64,000 nucleotides of DNA. It comes from Escherichia coli. Lineage in GTDB: Bacteria > Pseudomonadota > Gammaproteobacteria > Enterobacterales > Enterobacteriaceae. Positions 8,073 through 17,688 of the stretch are shown here, one piece after another; positions within the stretch are counted from its first letter, which is position 1, and each line of letters begins with the position of its first letter. A program made the translations under genes and the position numbers. The DNA is taken from the NCBI RefSeq assembly GCF_030384885.1, contig NZ_CP128613.1, one strand, 5' to 3'. The notes beneath the pieces are model-generated. The model worked only from the letters and a program-made list of their open reading frames with translations, had not been told where the DNA came from and ran no database searches.

Positions 8073-8926
8073 GCACCATCCTGAAATGGGCGGGAAATAA
8101 AACTGCCATAATGTCCGAACTGAAAAAACATCTTCCTGCTGGCCCGCGACTGGTTGAACCTTTCGCGGGTTCCTGTGCTGTGATGATGGAGACGGATTAT
8201 CCCAGCTATCTGGTTGCGGATATTAATCCTGATTTAATCAACCTCTATAAAAAGGTTGCCGCTGATTGTGAATCGTTTATATCTCGCGCCAGAGTTTTAT
8301 TTGAGATCGCAAACAGGGAGGTGGCTTATTACAACATAAGGCAGGAGTTTAATTACTCAACTGAAATTACTGATTTCATGAAAGCGGTATATTTCCTGTA
8401 TCTCAATCGTCACGGTTACCGTGGTTTATGTCGCTATAACAAGAGCGGGCATTTCAACATTCCCTACGGTAATTATAAAAATCCGTATTTCCCTGAAAAA
8501 GAAATTCGCGCATTTGCAGAAAAGGCCCAGCGAGCAACGTTTATCTGCGCCAGCTTTGATGAAACGCTGGCGATGTTGAAGGCGGGGGATGTGGTGTATT
8601 GCGATCCGCCGTATGACGGTACGTTTTCCGGCTATCACACTGACGGCTTCACTGAAGATGACCAGTATCACCTGGCATCTGTTCTTGAACATCGGTCATC
8701 AGAAGGACATCCGGTCATTGTTTCTAACAGTGACACATCCCTGATCCGTTCGCTGTATCGCAATTTTACTCACCACTACATCAAGGCAAAACGCAGCATC
8801 GGTGTGGCAGCTGGCGAGGGTAAATCAGCAACAGAAATCATTGCTGTTTCCGGGCCGCGCTGCTGGGTGGGATTTGATTATTCGCGTGGCGTGGATAGTT
8901 CTGCCGTGTACGGAGTACGTGCATGA
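8069..8926 (+). CDS. dam: DNA adenine methyltransferase (Dam-like, phage-encoded)
   Basis: N-terminal [11 protein letters not shown]...EPFAGS (AdoMet-binding motif) and the catalytic DPPY motif (VYCDPPYDG); start overlaps the stop of the upstream ORF. Confidence 0.8.
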   Translation: MSTILKWAGNKTAIMSELKKHLPAGPRLVEPFAGSCAVMMETDYPSYLVADINPDLINLYKKVAADCESFISRARVLFEIANREVAYYNIRQEFNYSTEITDFMKAVYFLYLNRHGYRGLCRYNKSGHFNIPYGNYKNPYFPEKEIRAFAEKAQRATFICASFDETLAMLKAGDVVYCDPPYDGTFSGYHTDGFTEDDQYHLASVLEHRSSEGHPVIVSNSDTSLIRSLYRNFTHHYIKAKRSIGVAAGEGKSATEIIAVSGPRCWVGFDYSRGVDSSAVYGVRA

Positions 8927-11337
8927 GTCATGCCGATATGAACAACTGCTGCGGCTTTAACGAAGCTGCCGCATCGTTCTCATGGAACAGCCCGAAAAAG
9001 GCCATTAACCCTTATCTGGACCCGGCGGAAGTTGCGCCGGTTTCTGCGCTTTCAAACCTGATCACTCTGTACGCTACTGATAACGAGCAGGAACAACTGC
9101 GCCGCGAGGCACTGAGTGATCAGGTCTGGGAGCGTTATTTCTTTAATGAATCCCGTGATCCTGTCCAACGCGAAATGGAGCAGGATAAGCTCATTAGCCG
9201 GGCAAAGATGGCGCATGAGCAGCAGCGTTTTAATCCAGACATGGTCATTCTGACTGACGTCAACGCCCAGCCTTCCCATATCAGCAAGCCGCTGATGCAA
9301 CGTATTGAATATTTCAGCAGCCTGGGCAGGCCAAAGGCTTATTCCCGCTATTTGCGTGAGACGATTAAGCCATGTCTGGAACGACTGGAGCATGTACGCG
9401 ACAGCCAGCTATCTGCATCTTTTCGTTTTATGGCAAGCCATGAAGGGCTGGACGGTCTGCTGATCCTGCCTGAAATGAGTCAGGATCAGGTGAAACGCCT
9501 GTCTACCCTTGTCGCTGCGCATATGAGCATGTGTCTTGATGCCGCTTGTGGTGATTTGTACGCCTCCGATGATGTTAAGCCAGAAGAAATCCGCAAGACA
9601 TGGGAAAAGGTGGCTGCAGAAACCCTGCGACTGGATGTCATACCGCCTGCGTTTGAGCAACTCCGCCGGAAAAGAAACCGCCGCAAACCTGTGCCTTATG
9701 AACTCATTCCGGGTTCGCTGGCGCGTATGCTGTGCGCCGACTGGTGGTATCGGAAATTATGGAAGATACGTTGCGAATGGCGGGAAGAGCAGTTGCGTGC
9801 TGTCTGCCTGGTCAGCAAAAAAGCATCTCCCTATGTCAGCTATGAAGCCGTGATGCATAAACGTGAGCAGCGCCGTAAGTCGCTGGAGTTTTTCCGTTCT
9901 CATGAACTGGTGAACGAAGACGGCGACACGCTGAACATGGAGGATGTGGTAAACACCAGCAGCAGCAACCCGGCGCATCGCCGCAACGAGATGATGGCCT
10001 GTGTTAAAGGCCTAGAGCTTATCGCGGAAATGCGTGGTGACTGCGCCGTTTTCTACACCATCACCTGTCCGTCACGTTTCCATTCCACGCTAAATAACGG
10101 CAGGCCAAACCCGACCTGGACCAACGCGACAGTAAGACAAAGCAGCGATTATCTGGTCGGCATGTTTGCTGCATTTCGTAAGGCTATGCACAAAGCCGGG
10201 TTGCGCTGGTATGGCGTGCGGGTGGCTGAGCCGCATCATGACGGCACAGTTCACTGGCACCTGTTGTGTTTCATGCGCAAAAAAGACCGCCGCGCCATTA
10301 CTGCATTGTTGCGTAAGTTTGCCATCCGTGAAGACCGCGAGGAGCTGGGCAATAACACGGGGCCACGCTTTAAGTCTGAGCTGATAAACCCGCGCAAAGG
10401 AACGCCGACAAGCTACATTGCGAAATATATCAGTAAGAATATTGACGGGCGTGGTCTGGCTGGCGAGATCAGTAAGGAAACGGGTAAATCCCTGCGTGAT
10501 AACGCTGAATACGTTAATGCCTGGGCGTCTCTGCATCGTGTTCAGCAATTCCGCTTCTTTGGCATTCCGGGGCGTCAGGCTTACCGTGAACTGCGATTGC
10601 TGGCTGGTCAGGCGGCAAGGCAACAGGGTGACAAAAAAGCAGGTGCGCCGGTACTGGATAACCCGCGCCTTGATGCCATCCTGGCTGCTGCTGATGCTGG
10701 TTGTTTTGCCTCCTACATCATGAAGCAGGGCGGCGTACTGGTTCCCCGCAAATATCACCTCATCAGAACCGCTTATGAAATCAACGAAGAGCCGACCGCC
10801 TATGGCGATCACGGTATTCGTATTTATGGCATCTGGTCACCCATTGCAGAGGGCAAGATCTGCACTCATGCAGTGAAGTGGAAAATGGTTCGTAAGGCCG
10901 TTGACGTTCAGGAGGCGGCAGCCGACCAGGGCGCTTGCGCCCCTTGGACTCGTGGCAATAACTGTCCCCTTGCTGAAAATTTGAACCAACAGGAGAAAGA
11001 TAAATCAGCTGATGGGGACACCAGAACGGACATTACCCGCATGGATGACAAGGAGTTGCACGATTACCTGCACAGTATGAGCAAAAAAGAGCGCCGGGAA
11101 CTGGCTGCAAGGTTACGCCAGGTGAAACCGAAACGGCGTAAAGACTACAAACAGCGAATTACAGACCATCAGCGACAGCAGCTCGTCTATGAACTGAAGT
11201 CCAGGGGATTTGATGGCAGTGAGAAAGAAGTCGATTTGCTCCTTCGCGGTGGCAGTATTCCGTCAGGAGCAGGCCTGCGTATTTTCTATCGGAACCAGCG
11301 TCTGAAGGAAGATGATAAGTGGCGGAACCTGTATTAA
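8923..11337 (+). CDS. Phage replication initiation protein (P2 gpA-like rolling-circle endonuclease)
   Basis: 804 aa. HUH-type motif VHWHLLCF and active-site Tyr block [12 protein letters not shown], as in P2/186 gene A. Confidence 0.8.
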   Translation: MSHADMNNCCGFNEAAASFSWNSPKKAINPYLDPAEVAPVSALSNLITLYATDNEQEQLRREALSDQVWERYFFNESRDPVQREMEQDKLISRAKMAHEQQRFNPDMVILTDVNAQPSHISKPLMQRIEYFSSLGRPKAYSRYLRETIKPCLERLEHVRDSQLSASFRFMASHEGLDGLLILPEMSQDQVKRLSTLVAAHMSMCLDAACGDLYASDDVKPEEIRKTWEKVAAETLRLDVIPPAFEQLRRKRNRRKPVPYELIPGSLARMLCADWWYRKLWKIRCEWREEQLRAVCLVSKKASPYVSYEAVMHKREQRRKSLEFFRSHELVNEDGDTLNMEDVVNTSSSNPAHRRNEMMACVKGLELIAEMRGDCAVFYTITCPSRFHSTLNNGRPNPTWTNATVRQSSDYLVGMFAAFRKAMHKAGLRWYGVRVAEPHHDGTVHWHLLCFMRKKDRRAITALLRKFAIREDREELGNNTGPRFKSELINPRKGTPTSYIAKYISKNIDGRGLAGEISKETGKSLRDNAEYVNAWASLHRVQQFRFFGIPGRQAYRELRLLAGQAARQQGDKKAGAPVLDNPRLDAILAAADAGCFASYIMKQGGVLVPRKYHLIRTAYEINEEPTAYGDHGIRIYGIWSPIAEGKICTHAVKWKMVRKAVDVQEAAADQGACAPWTRGNNCPLAENLNQQEKDKSADGDTRTDITRMDDKELHDYLHSMSKKERRELAARLRQVKPKRRKDYKQRITDHQRQQLVYELKSRGFDGSEKEVDLLLRGGSIPSGAGLRIFYRNQRLKEDDKWRNLY

Positions 11338-11429
11338 TTACGCGGGTTAACAATTCGTGCCCTTAATAATACCAGGCATATCAGGCTGATGAATGTAAAA
11401 AAACGTTTTACATCAGTAAGATTATTATA

Positions 11430-11449
11430 TACTGTAAATATAAACAGTG
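11430..11449 (+). promoter_or_regulatory. LexA (SOS) box upstream of small ORF plus dinI-like gene
   Basis: tactgtaaatataaacagtg: CTGT-N8-ACAG with an AT-rich spacer, ~40 nt upstream of the ATG at 11490. Confidence 0.65.
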
Positions 11450-11489
11450 GTTATCTATACAGTATTGCTTTGGTGTCATAGGAGGAAAG

Positions 11490-11678
11490 ATGCAGGACTA
11501 TTTTTTGGAGTCTTTGAAGCTCCAGCGCATTGATTTTTTTCTTAAGCTTGTAGCGGCTAGTGAGTGTAGTGATGAAGAGAAGGGGCTGGCTCTGCAGTGG
11601 GTTTCTGAACTGACAGATGAACTCATGGCAAAAATCAGAACCCACGAATACAACCGCTCAATGGATGTCATCAGCTGA
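11490..11678 (+). CDS. Hypothetical SOS-regulated small protein (possible Tum-like antirepressor position)
   Basis: 62-aa ORF with SD aggagg, immediately downstream of the LexA box; position analogous to 186 tum, but no recognised sequence similarity. Confidence 0.4.
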   Translation: MQDYFLESLKLQRIDFFLKLVAASECSDEEKGLALQWVSELTDELMAKIRTHEYNRSMDVIS

Positions 11679-11688
11679 GGTGACTTTT

Positions 11689-11922
11689 ATGCGCATTGAA
11701 ATAATGATCGATAAAGAGCAGAAGATTAGCCAGTCTACCCTGGACGCCCTTGAATCCGAGCTTTACCGCAATCTGCGCCCCCTGTATCCCAAAACGGTAA
11801 TCCGTATCCGTAAAGGTAGCTCTAACGGTGTGGAACTGACCGGACTGCAACTGGACGAAGAAAGAAAACAAGTGATGAAAATTATGCAGAAGGTGTGGGA
11901 AGACGACAGCTGGCTGCATTGA
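11689..11922 (+). CDS. DinI-family protein
   Basis: 77 aa, MRIEIMIDK...LDALESEL...KVWEDDSWL parallels E. coli DinI (MRIEVTIAK...IDALAGEL...ETWESADDWF). Confidence 0.7.
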   Translation: MRIEIMIDKEQKISQSTLDALESELYRNLRPLYPKTVIRIRKGSSNGVELTGLQLDEERKQVMKIMQKVWEDDSWLH

Positions 11923-12035
11923 TTTTGTCAATAGACGCTTGTTTTTACTAATCAAAAAGGGTTACATATGAGTGAGAGGCGATGTCAATCAGATATCGCC
12001 TTGTTTTTTGTCAAGAAAAGAATAATAGGCTAAAA

Positions 12036-12713
12036 ATGAAAATTAATAATGTAGCGTTACCAATATCTCTTGCTGTAATCCTAACTGGTTGCGTGCCACA
12101 TGCTTCTAACCGAAATATCACTGCTATTGAAGTGGTGAAGCCTGCTATTGGGCAAAGTGCTACCGCCTACATGGGCGATCCCATTATCACATCTGCTACT
12201 GGATTTAAAACGGACGTACTAGAACTTGGTGCGGCTAATGGTGCATTGTCTTCTATCGCTGCTGGTACATATTGCAGTGAGGGGAATGGAATTTACCGCA
12301 ATTATCATAACCCTCAAGCTGTTGCGTTAAAAAATCTCTATGGGCAAATCGGTAACTATGTTGATTATGTTAGTTACGATGCTGCAAAAAATGAGATATC
12401 ACCGCCAAATGGTACTTCTTATACTGCATCAGAAATTTCTATCAAACGTGTTCCTGATGGGCTGTGTCGAGTTAGTAACTCATTGGTTAAGACTATCGAA
12501 TACAATGGAAATGCAGGCGGTGTAATGAAGTTCACCTATCGTGAATTTGCAAACGATATGGCTCGTGCAGCATTTACAACAGATTTTTCTGTAGATTCTA
12601 AGGGAAGTGACGTTATCGCTTACAAAGGTGCCAAGTTCAAAGTGAACAAGGCTGATAACTCGTCTATTTCTTATACAATTATTTCTGGCTTTGACAAGGC
12701 TGTCACGTTCTAG
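12036..12713 (+). CDS. Prophage-encoded lipoprotein (moron)
   Basis: Signal peptide MKINNVALPISLAVILTGC with lipobox LTGC; the remainder is Ser/Thr/Asn-rich with no recognised domain. Confidence 0.6.
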   Translation: MKINNVALPISLAVILTGCVPHASNRNITAIEVVKPAIGQSATAYMGDPIITSATGFKTDVLELGAANGALSSIAAGTYCSEGNGIYRNYHNPQAVALKNLYGQIGNYVDYVSYDAAKNEISPPNGTSYTASEISIKRVPDGLCRVSNSLVKTIEYNGNAGGVMKFTYREFANDMARAAFTTDFSVDSKGSDVIAYKGAKFKVNKADNSSISYTIISGFDKAVTF

Positions 12714-12805
12714 GTTTCACGCTTACTGAGTATGTTACGATTTTGCACATTCTGCATAAACGCGCATGTCTATGCTGCATGAGATCGCATGATCGTTTGA
12801 GGATC

Positions 12806-12833
12806 TTTTGTGTTAAGGCCCGCCAGTTCTGGC
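12806..12833 (+). terminator. Rho-independent terminator after lipoprotein gene
   Basis: GC-rich stem gcccgcc/ggcgggc followed by tttt. Confidence 0.6.
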
Positions 12834-13038
12834 GGGCTTTTGCGTAGATCATGCAGGTGCATGAAAACCACTACATAAAGCGGGCAGGCGTGGCGGGGAT
12901 ACGAGCGCGCGTTATGACAAATAGATGATTAGCCTGATTTATTCACAGCTGTATAAATGATCACCTTGTAATTAGGTAAGTAATGTCTTCTATTATCATT
13001 GATTTGATAGGATTAATCTGTTTTTTGAGGATTAGAGG

Positions 13039-15375
13039 ATGATTGAAGAGGTAGTTATTGACAAAGTAGGCTCATATAATGGCCCTACTCAGCTTTTACA
13101 TGGGCTTTCTAAATTTAACTATTTATATGGAGCTAATGGTGCAGGTAAAACAACTATAAGTAAAATTATTAATGACCCTGAACAATATCCAACATGTCCG
13201 ATTAAATGGAAAAATAATATATCTTTAATAAGCTACGTATATAATAAAGATTTTGTTGAAAGAAATTTTAGTCAAGATAAAATTAAAGGTGTATTTACCC
13301 TTGGTAGCGATCTTAAGGAGGATGAAGAGAAATTAATATCTCTTGAAGAAGAAAAAAATAAGCTAATAGAATCTATTATAGCAAAGGAAAAGCTAATAGA
13401 TGGTGGTGATAATATATTAGGCGTTGTTAAACAAATCGAAGACCATGAAAAATCTTTTAAAGATTCATGTTGGAAGCAAAAAGTAAAACATGATAATGTG
13501 TTCTCAAAGGCTTTTGAGGGATTAAGGAATAGTAGTGAAAAATTTAAAGCTAGAGTGTTGGCTGAGTATGAAAATAACACATCAGAAGTTTGCTCAATAG
13601 CAGAGCTAATTGAGAAAGCAAAAATTGTTTTTTCTACTGAATTGACATCACATGTATCAATTACAATTCCATCCTTCAATGGGATAGATGATATTTTGAG
13701 TAGGGAGATTTGGAGTGAGCGTATTCTAGGGAAAAAAGACGTTAGTGTTTCAGACTTAATTACAATGCTCAATAACAGTGATTGGGTTAAGGAAGGTTTA
13801 ACATATTTCAGTAAATCTAATCCCAAGTGCCCATTCTGCCAGCAGGATGTAAATGATAATATATTTGATAATCTATCATCATATTTTGATAAAACATATG
13901 AGTTAAAAAAAAGAGAAATCGATGCATTGGTTTTACAATATGAACATCAACTTAATAATATCTTGCAGGCGATAGATGATATAAGGGCGATTAAATCTCC
14001 ATTCATAAATTATGAAGTGTTTGAGGATAAGGCTAAGATAGTATTATCTGAATTAAACAAGAATTTTGAATTGGCAAAAAATAAACGCAATTTTTTAAGT
14101 GAATCAGTTCATTTTAGTGACTTAAGTGAAGTTGTTGATGATTTTATTTCTTTTTTGAATGATTCAAATCTATTGATAGATAATAATAACAAAATACACA
14201 GTAATAGAAAGGTAGAGGCTAGTAATCTTTCTAATCAGATATGGGCATATATCGTAAAGGTGGAGTTAAAGTCTGAAATAACTTCTTACCGTAGCGAATC
14301 TGATAAATTTAATAGGAAGTTACAAGGGCTTAAATCTGGGTTAGAGGAAGACAAAAAGAAGTTAATGTTAAATGCTTCGGCTATTGAGGCAATTGAGTCT
14401 AATAAAACCAGTACTCTTCCAACTATTACAAAAATTAACAAGATTCTGGATTCTTATGGCTTCAAAAATTTTTACTTAAAACCCTCCGAAGATAAAAAGC
14501 ATTATATGATAGTGAGAGATAGTGGAGATAATGCTCGTACAACCCTTAGCGAGGGAGAAAAGACATTTATCACTTTTTTGTATTTTTATAGCCTTGTTAG
14601 AGGGAGTGATAATGCATCAGGTGTTTTAGATGATCGTGTTGTAGTATTTGATGATCCAATTTCAAGTTTAGATAGTGATATTCTGTTTATTGTAAGTTCG
14701 TTGATTAAAGATTTAATGGAGGATGTTCGTAAGGATGAAGGAAATATTAAGCAAATTATATTCCTTACACATAATATTTATTTTCATAAAGAGTTGACTT
14801 TTAATACTAAAAGATCCGGTAATCAAGCAATGAAAGAGGAGACTTTTTGGATTGTAAGGAAAAAAGGGAAGGTCTCATATCTTGAAAAGTGCGAATCAAA
14901 CCCAATAAAAACGTCTTATGATTTGCTCTGGTGCGAATTGAGAAGAACAGATATTAATAATAATACTATACAAAATACAATGCGAAGGATTTTGGAGAAT
15001 TACTTTAAGATATTAGGTGGGATGGATATTAGGAAGCTTGAATGTCATTTTTATGGTGATGAAAAAATCATATTTAAATCTTTAGTGTCATGGATTAATG
15101 ATGGTTCTCATTTTGCAGGTGATGATCTTTATATGAATTTAGATACGGAGTCTGTGCAAAAATATTTAATTGTTTTTCAGAAGATATTTGAGTGTAGTGA
15201 GCATACTGCCCATTACAAAATGATGATGGGTGAGTTTTATAGACCGTTAAATGAGTCACTTCATCTACAAGATGAGTTTGATATTGATGATAGTGCGAAT
15301 GATGAGTATGCTTCGTCAAAAATTGAGATAGAAGATGGAATAAACACATCTCTACATAGTAATACATATTTGTAA
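13039..15375 (+). CDS. RloC/PrrC-like ATPase with CxxC zinc hook (putative anticodon nuclease / abortive-infection protein)
   Basis: 778 aa, very AT-rich. N-terminal Walker A GANGAGKTT; long coiled-coil region containing CPFC; D-loop/Walker B-like VVVFDDPISSLDSD; C-terminal region with RRILENYF and downstream His residues, reminiscent of the PrrC/RloC Arg-Glu-His nuclease motif as recalled. Confidence 0.55.
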   Translation: MIEEVVIDKVGSYNGPTQLLHGLSKFNYLYGANGAGKTTISKIINDPEQYPTCPIKWKNNISLISYVYNKDFVERNFSQDKIKGVFTLGSDLKEDEEKLISLEEEKNKLIESIIAKEKLIDGGDNILGVVKQIEDHEKSFKDSCWKQKVKHDNVFSKAFEGLRNSSEKFKARVLAEYENNTSEVCSIAELIEKAKIVFSTELTSHVSITIPSFNGIDDILSREIWSERILGKKDVSVSDLITMLNNSDWVKEGLTYFSKSNPKCPFCQQDVNDNIFDNLSSYFDKTYELKKREIDALVLQYEHQLNNILQAIDDIRAIKSPFINYEVFEDKAKIVLSELNKNFELAKNKRNFLSESVHFSDLSEVVDDFISFLNDSNLLIDNNNKIHSNRKVEASNLSNQIWAYIVKVELKSEITSYRSESDKFNRKLQGLKSGLEEDKKKLMLNASAIEAIESNKTSTLPTITKINKILDSYGFKNFYLKPSEDKKHYMIVRDSGDNARTTLSEGEKTFITFLYFYSLVRGSDNASGVLDDRVVVFDDPISSLDSDILFIVSSLIKDLMEDVRKDEGNIKQIIFLTHNIYFHKELTFNTKRSGNQAMKEETFWIVRKKGKVSYLEKCESNPIKTSYDLLWCELRRTDINNNTIQNTMRRILENYFKILGGMDIRKLECHFYGDEKIIFKSLVSWINDGSHFAGDDLYMNLDTESVQKYLIVFQKIFECSEHTAHYKMMMGEFYRPLNESLHLQDEFDIDDSANDEYASSKIEIEDGINTSLHSNTYL

Positions 15376-15382
15376 TTTTATT

Positions 15383-15413
15383 GCAATTGCCAGTAGCAAC
15401 AATACGGTACTGG
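15383..15413. terminator. Bidirectional hairpin between convergent ATPase and portal-fragment genes
   Basis: 9-bp perfect inverted repeat ttgccagta...tactggcaa. Confidence 0.4.
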
Positions 15414-15424
15414 CAACTAATATT

Positions 15425-15964
15425 TTAGTTAAGCTCATATGGAGAAAATTCTATAAGTTTCTCCCCGAGCCATGCGTTTATTTCCATAAATCGTTTTTGC
15501 AAAGGAATTAATTCATTTATCACAAAAACCTTACTAGCCTTCTCCACATCCCCAAACCCCCCAACATTATTAGGCATTATCCCCATCATTTGCGGCGGCA
15601 CACGGTGTGCCGCCATCATGTCGTCCCGGCTCACGTTCTTGATATTCAGAAACTCATCCTTCGCCGCGACTTCTGACAACGGGATAATCTGAAGCCCGTC
15701 CTTTTTGCCGTTAGGAGAGTACATAAACAGGTTGCGGAAGTTGCCTGGCCCTTTGGCACTTTTCATTGCGTTGCGGAGGTTGTTCACATCTTCTTGGTTC
15801 TGTGCGGCATCGGTCATGTACATGATGAAACCTGCATGGCTGCCGTTGATGTAATACTTACGGCGGAACAGTGTGGCGGACTCGTTGAGCAGGGCTGACG
15901 GGATGGCAGAGAGATAACCTGGCAGGCCGTAGATCTCCTGGTTGATGTCCGGTTCCGCCCTTAA
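15425..15964 (-). pseudogene. Phage portal-like (P2 gpQ-like) gene fragment, 5'-truncated
   Basis: The reading frame stays open upstream of the first Met to ~15964 and then hits a stop with no start. Orientation and position (leftward, after the replication/cargo region) match P2 Q; the family assignment is from synteny and is tentative. Confidence 0.4.
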
Positions 15965-16153
15965 TCATCTCAACCATGCGTTACAGCTCGATCCCCGCTG
16001 TGGCGTGAAAAAAGACAAACAGCAGCTGGAGCGCAGACTGCGCAATGACAGCCGCTGACAGAACGTGCCCCCGCGCACGGGCGGCACGGGGTGGCGAAAG
16101 GCACAGCCACATCAAAACCCCGTCCACCGCCCTTTATTTCAGGAGAAAGCAGC

Positions 16154-16354
16154 ATGAAGTTTGTTGCGCCAGAACAGGCACCGGAACAGGCGGAAATCAT
16201 CAGAAACACGCCGTTCTGGCCTGATGTGGACCTGTCGGAGTTTCGCAGTGTCATGCGCACTGACGGCACGGTGACGCAGCCGCGTTTAAAGCAGGTTGCG
16301 CTGTCGGCAATTTCGGAGGTCAACGCACCGATACGACCATTTGCATTGATGTAA
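16154..16354 (+). pseudogene. Phage head-completion-like (P2 gpL-like) N-terminal fragment
   Basis: 66-aa ORF with SD aggaga; IIRNTPFWPDVD...PRLKQ...ISEVNA resembles my recollection of the P2 gpL N-terminus; truncated relative to ~170 aa. Confidence 0.3.
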
Positions 16355-16497
16355 ACAAAGTGAAGTTCTTCCATGTGAAACCTCTTTGCATGATTTCAAG
16401 ATGGCGACAGGCAAGATGGACGCAAAAGTCTGTCGCCATTTTGCCGCCACTACCAAAGAAAAAGGGGCTACGCTTTCACGTAACCCCTTGATTTATT

Positions 16498-16860
16498 TGG
16501 TGGAGCTGGCGGGAGTTGAACCCGCGTCCGAAATTCCTACATCCTCGGTACTACATGCTTAGTCAGTCTTTACATTCGCTTGCCAGCTGCGGACGGACAC
16601 GCCACTAACAAACTAGCCTGATTAAGTTTTAACGCTTCAACCCCAGGCAGGGCTTCCACGCGATCTCTTTTGGGTTTGACCTCTCTTGATCCCCGTCCTA
16701 AGAGCGGAGGCTAGGGAGAGAGGGCTCTAAGCAGGTTATTAAGCTGCTAAAGCGTAGTTTTCGTCGTTTGCGACTATTTTTTGCGGCTTTTTACGAGGCC
16801 AACCGCCCCTCGGCATGCACCTTGGGTTTCGCAAATCCCGTCGAATCCAGAATCAGCCCC
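16498..16860 (-). ncRNA. ssrA: tmRNA (SsrA)
   Basis: The reverse complement reads ggggctgattctggattcgacggg...gttcaactcccgccagctccacca, the E. coli tmRNA sequence, 363 nt. Confidence 0.95.
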
Positions 16861-17074
16861 AATGTGTAACGGTAAGTATACCAGATTCATGAGTGCCATG
16901 ACCAGCCTCAATGGCGTTATCGTTAAAGATTTAGCACCCGTGTAGCCTGATATTTATTCGATTAAGCAATGGGATGGCAACATTTGGGTCGGATGTGATA
17001 GCCAATAAGATGTTCATTCGCGCCGCCGGAGAGGGTGGCGCGGTGAGGAACTGGTCAATAATTGGAGTGCAGAT

Positions 17075-17557
17075 TTAACGGTGGGCGTTTTTCATGATAC
17101 GCGCTTTATCCACCTGCCATTCGCGTTCTTTGATGTCTGAACGTTTATCGTGCTGTTTCTTACCTTTAGCGACGCCGATTTTCACTTTGCACCAGGCATT
17201 TTTCCAGTACAGGGAGAGCGCCACTACGGTATAGCCTTCTCGATTGACGCGACCGTACAATGAGTCCAGTTCGCGCTGGTTGAGAAGTAACTTGCGGGTA
17301 CGGGTAGGATCGCACACCACATGCGTGGATGCCACAGCCATTGGCGTGATGTTAGCGCCAAACAGAAATGCTTCTCCATCACGTAGAAGGACGTAGCTGT
17401 CGCTGATATTGGCTTTTCCTGCGCGCAGGGATTTAACCTCCCAGCCTTGCAGGGCAAGTCCCGCTTCGAACTCTTCTTCGATAAAGTATTCGTGACGGGC
17501 GCGCTTGTTAAGCGCGATGGTCGCTGAACCAGGTTTATGTGCTTTTTTCTTCGTCAT
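17075..17557 (-). CDS. smpB: SsrA-binding protein SmpB
   Basis: 160 aa, [28 protein letters not shown]... Confidence 0.95.
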
Positions 17558-17688
17558 AAGCGTCGTGAATCATCGGTAATCTGAAATCGAAAACACCCCA
17601 TATCAATCCTGCGGGGGACAAGGCTCTATCTTAGCATGAACCCGATGTTACCCAGCGCCGGGATAGCGTTTTTTTTACAGCAGGATAA

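Noticed and set aside
10090-10812. 240-aa minus-strand ORF inside replication gene A
   Set aside because: Antisense to an 804-aa gene with clear HUH/Tyr motifs; no RBS or supporting context.
11982-12035. Upstream extension of the lipoprotein ORF (MSIRYRLVFCQEKNNRLK...)
   Set aside because: It would place the lipobox Cys 37 residues from the start; the ATG at 12036 gives a canonical 19-residue lipoprotein signal peptide.
12911-12958. Candidate sigma-70 promoter for the ATPase gene (ttcaca / tataaat)
   Set aside because: The -35-like and -10-like hexamers are only 4 bp apart, and alternative -35 candidates give poor spacing; not supportable without transcript data.
13272-13826. 184-aa minus-strand ORF inside the RloC-like ATPase gene
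   Set aside because: Antisense frame within a very AT-rich gene; low-complexity Ser/Leu-rich translation.
15383-15413. Possible phage cos site between the ATPase gene and the portal fragment
   Set aside because: The only structured sequence is a simple AT-rich 9-bp inverted repeat. Nothing resembles the GC-rich cohesive-end sequence expected for P2-like cos, so I treat it as a terminator hairpin.
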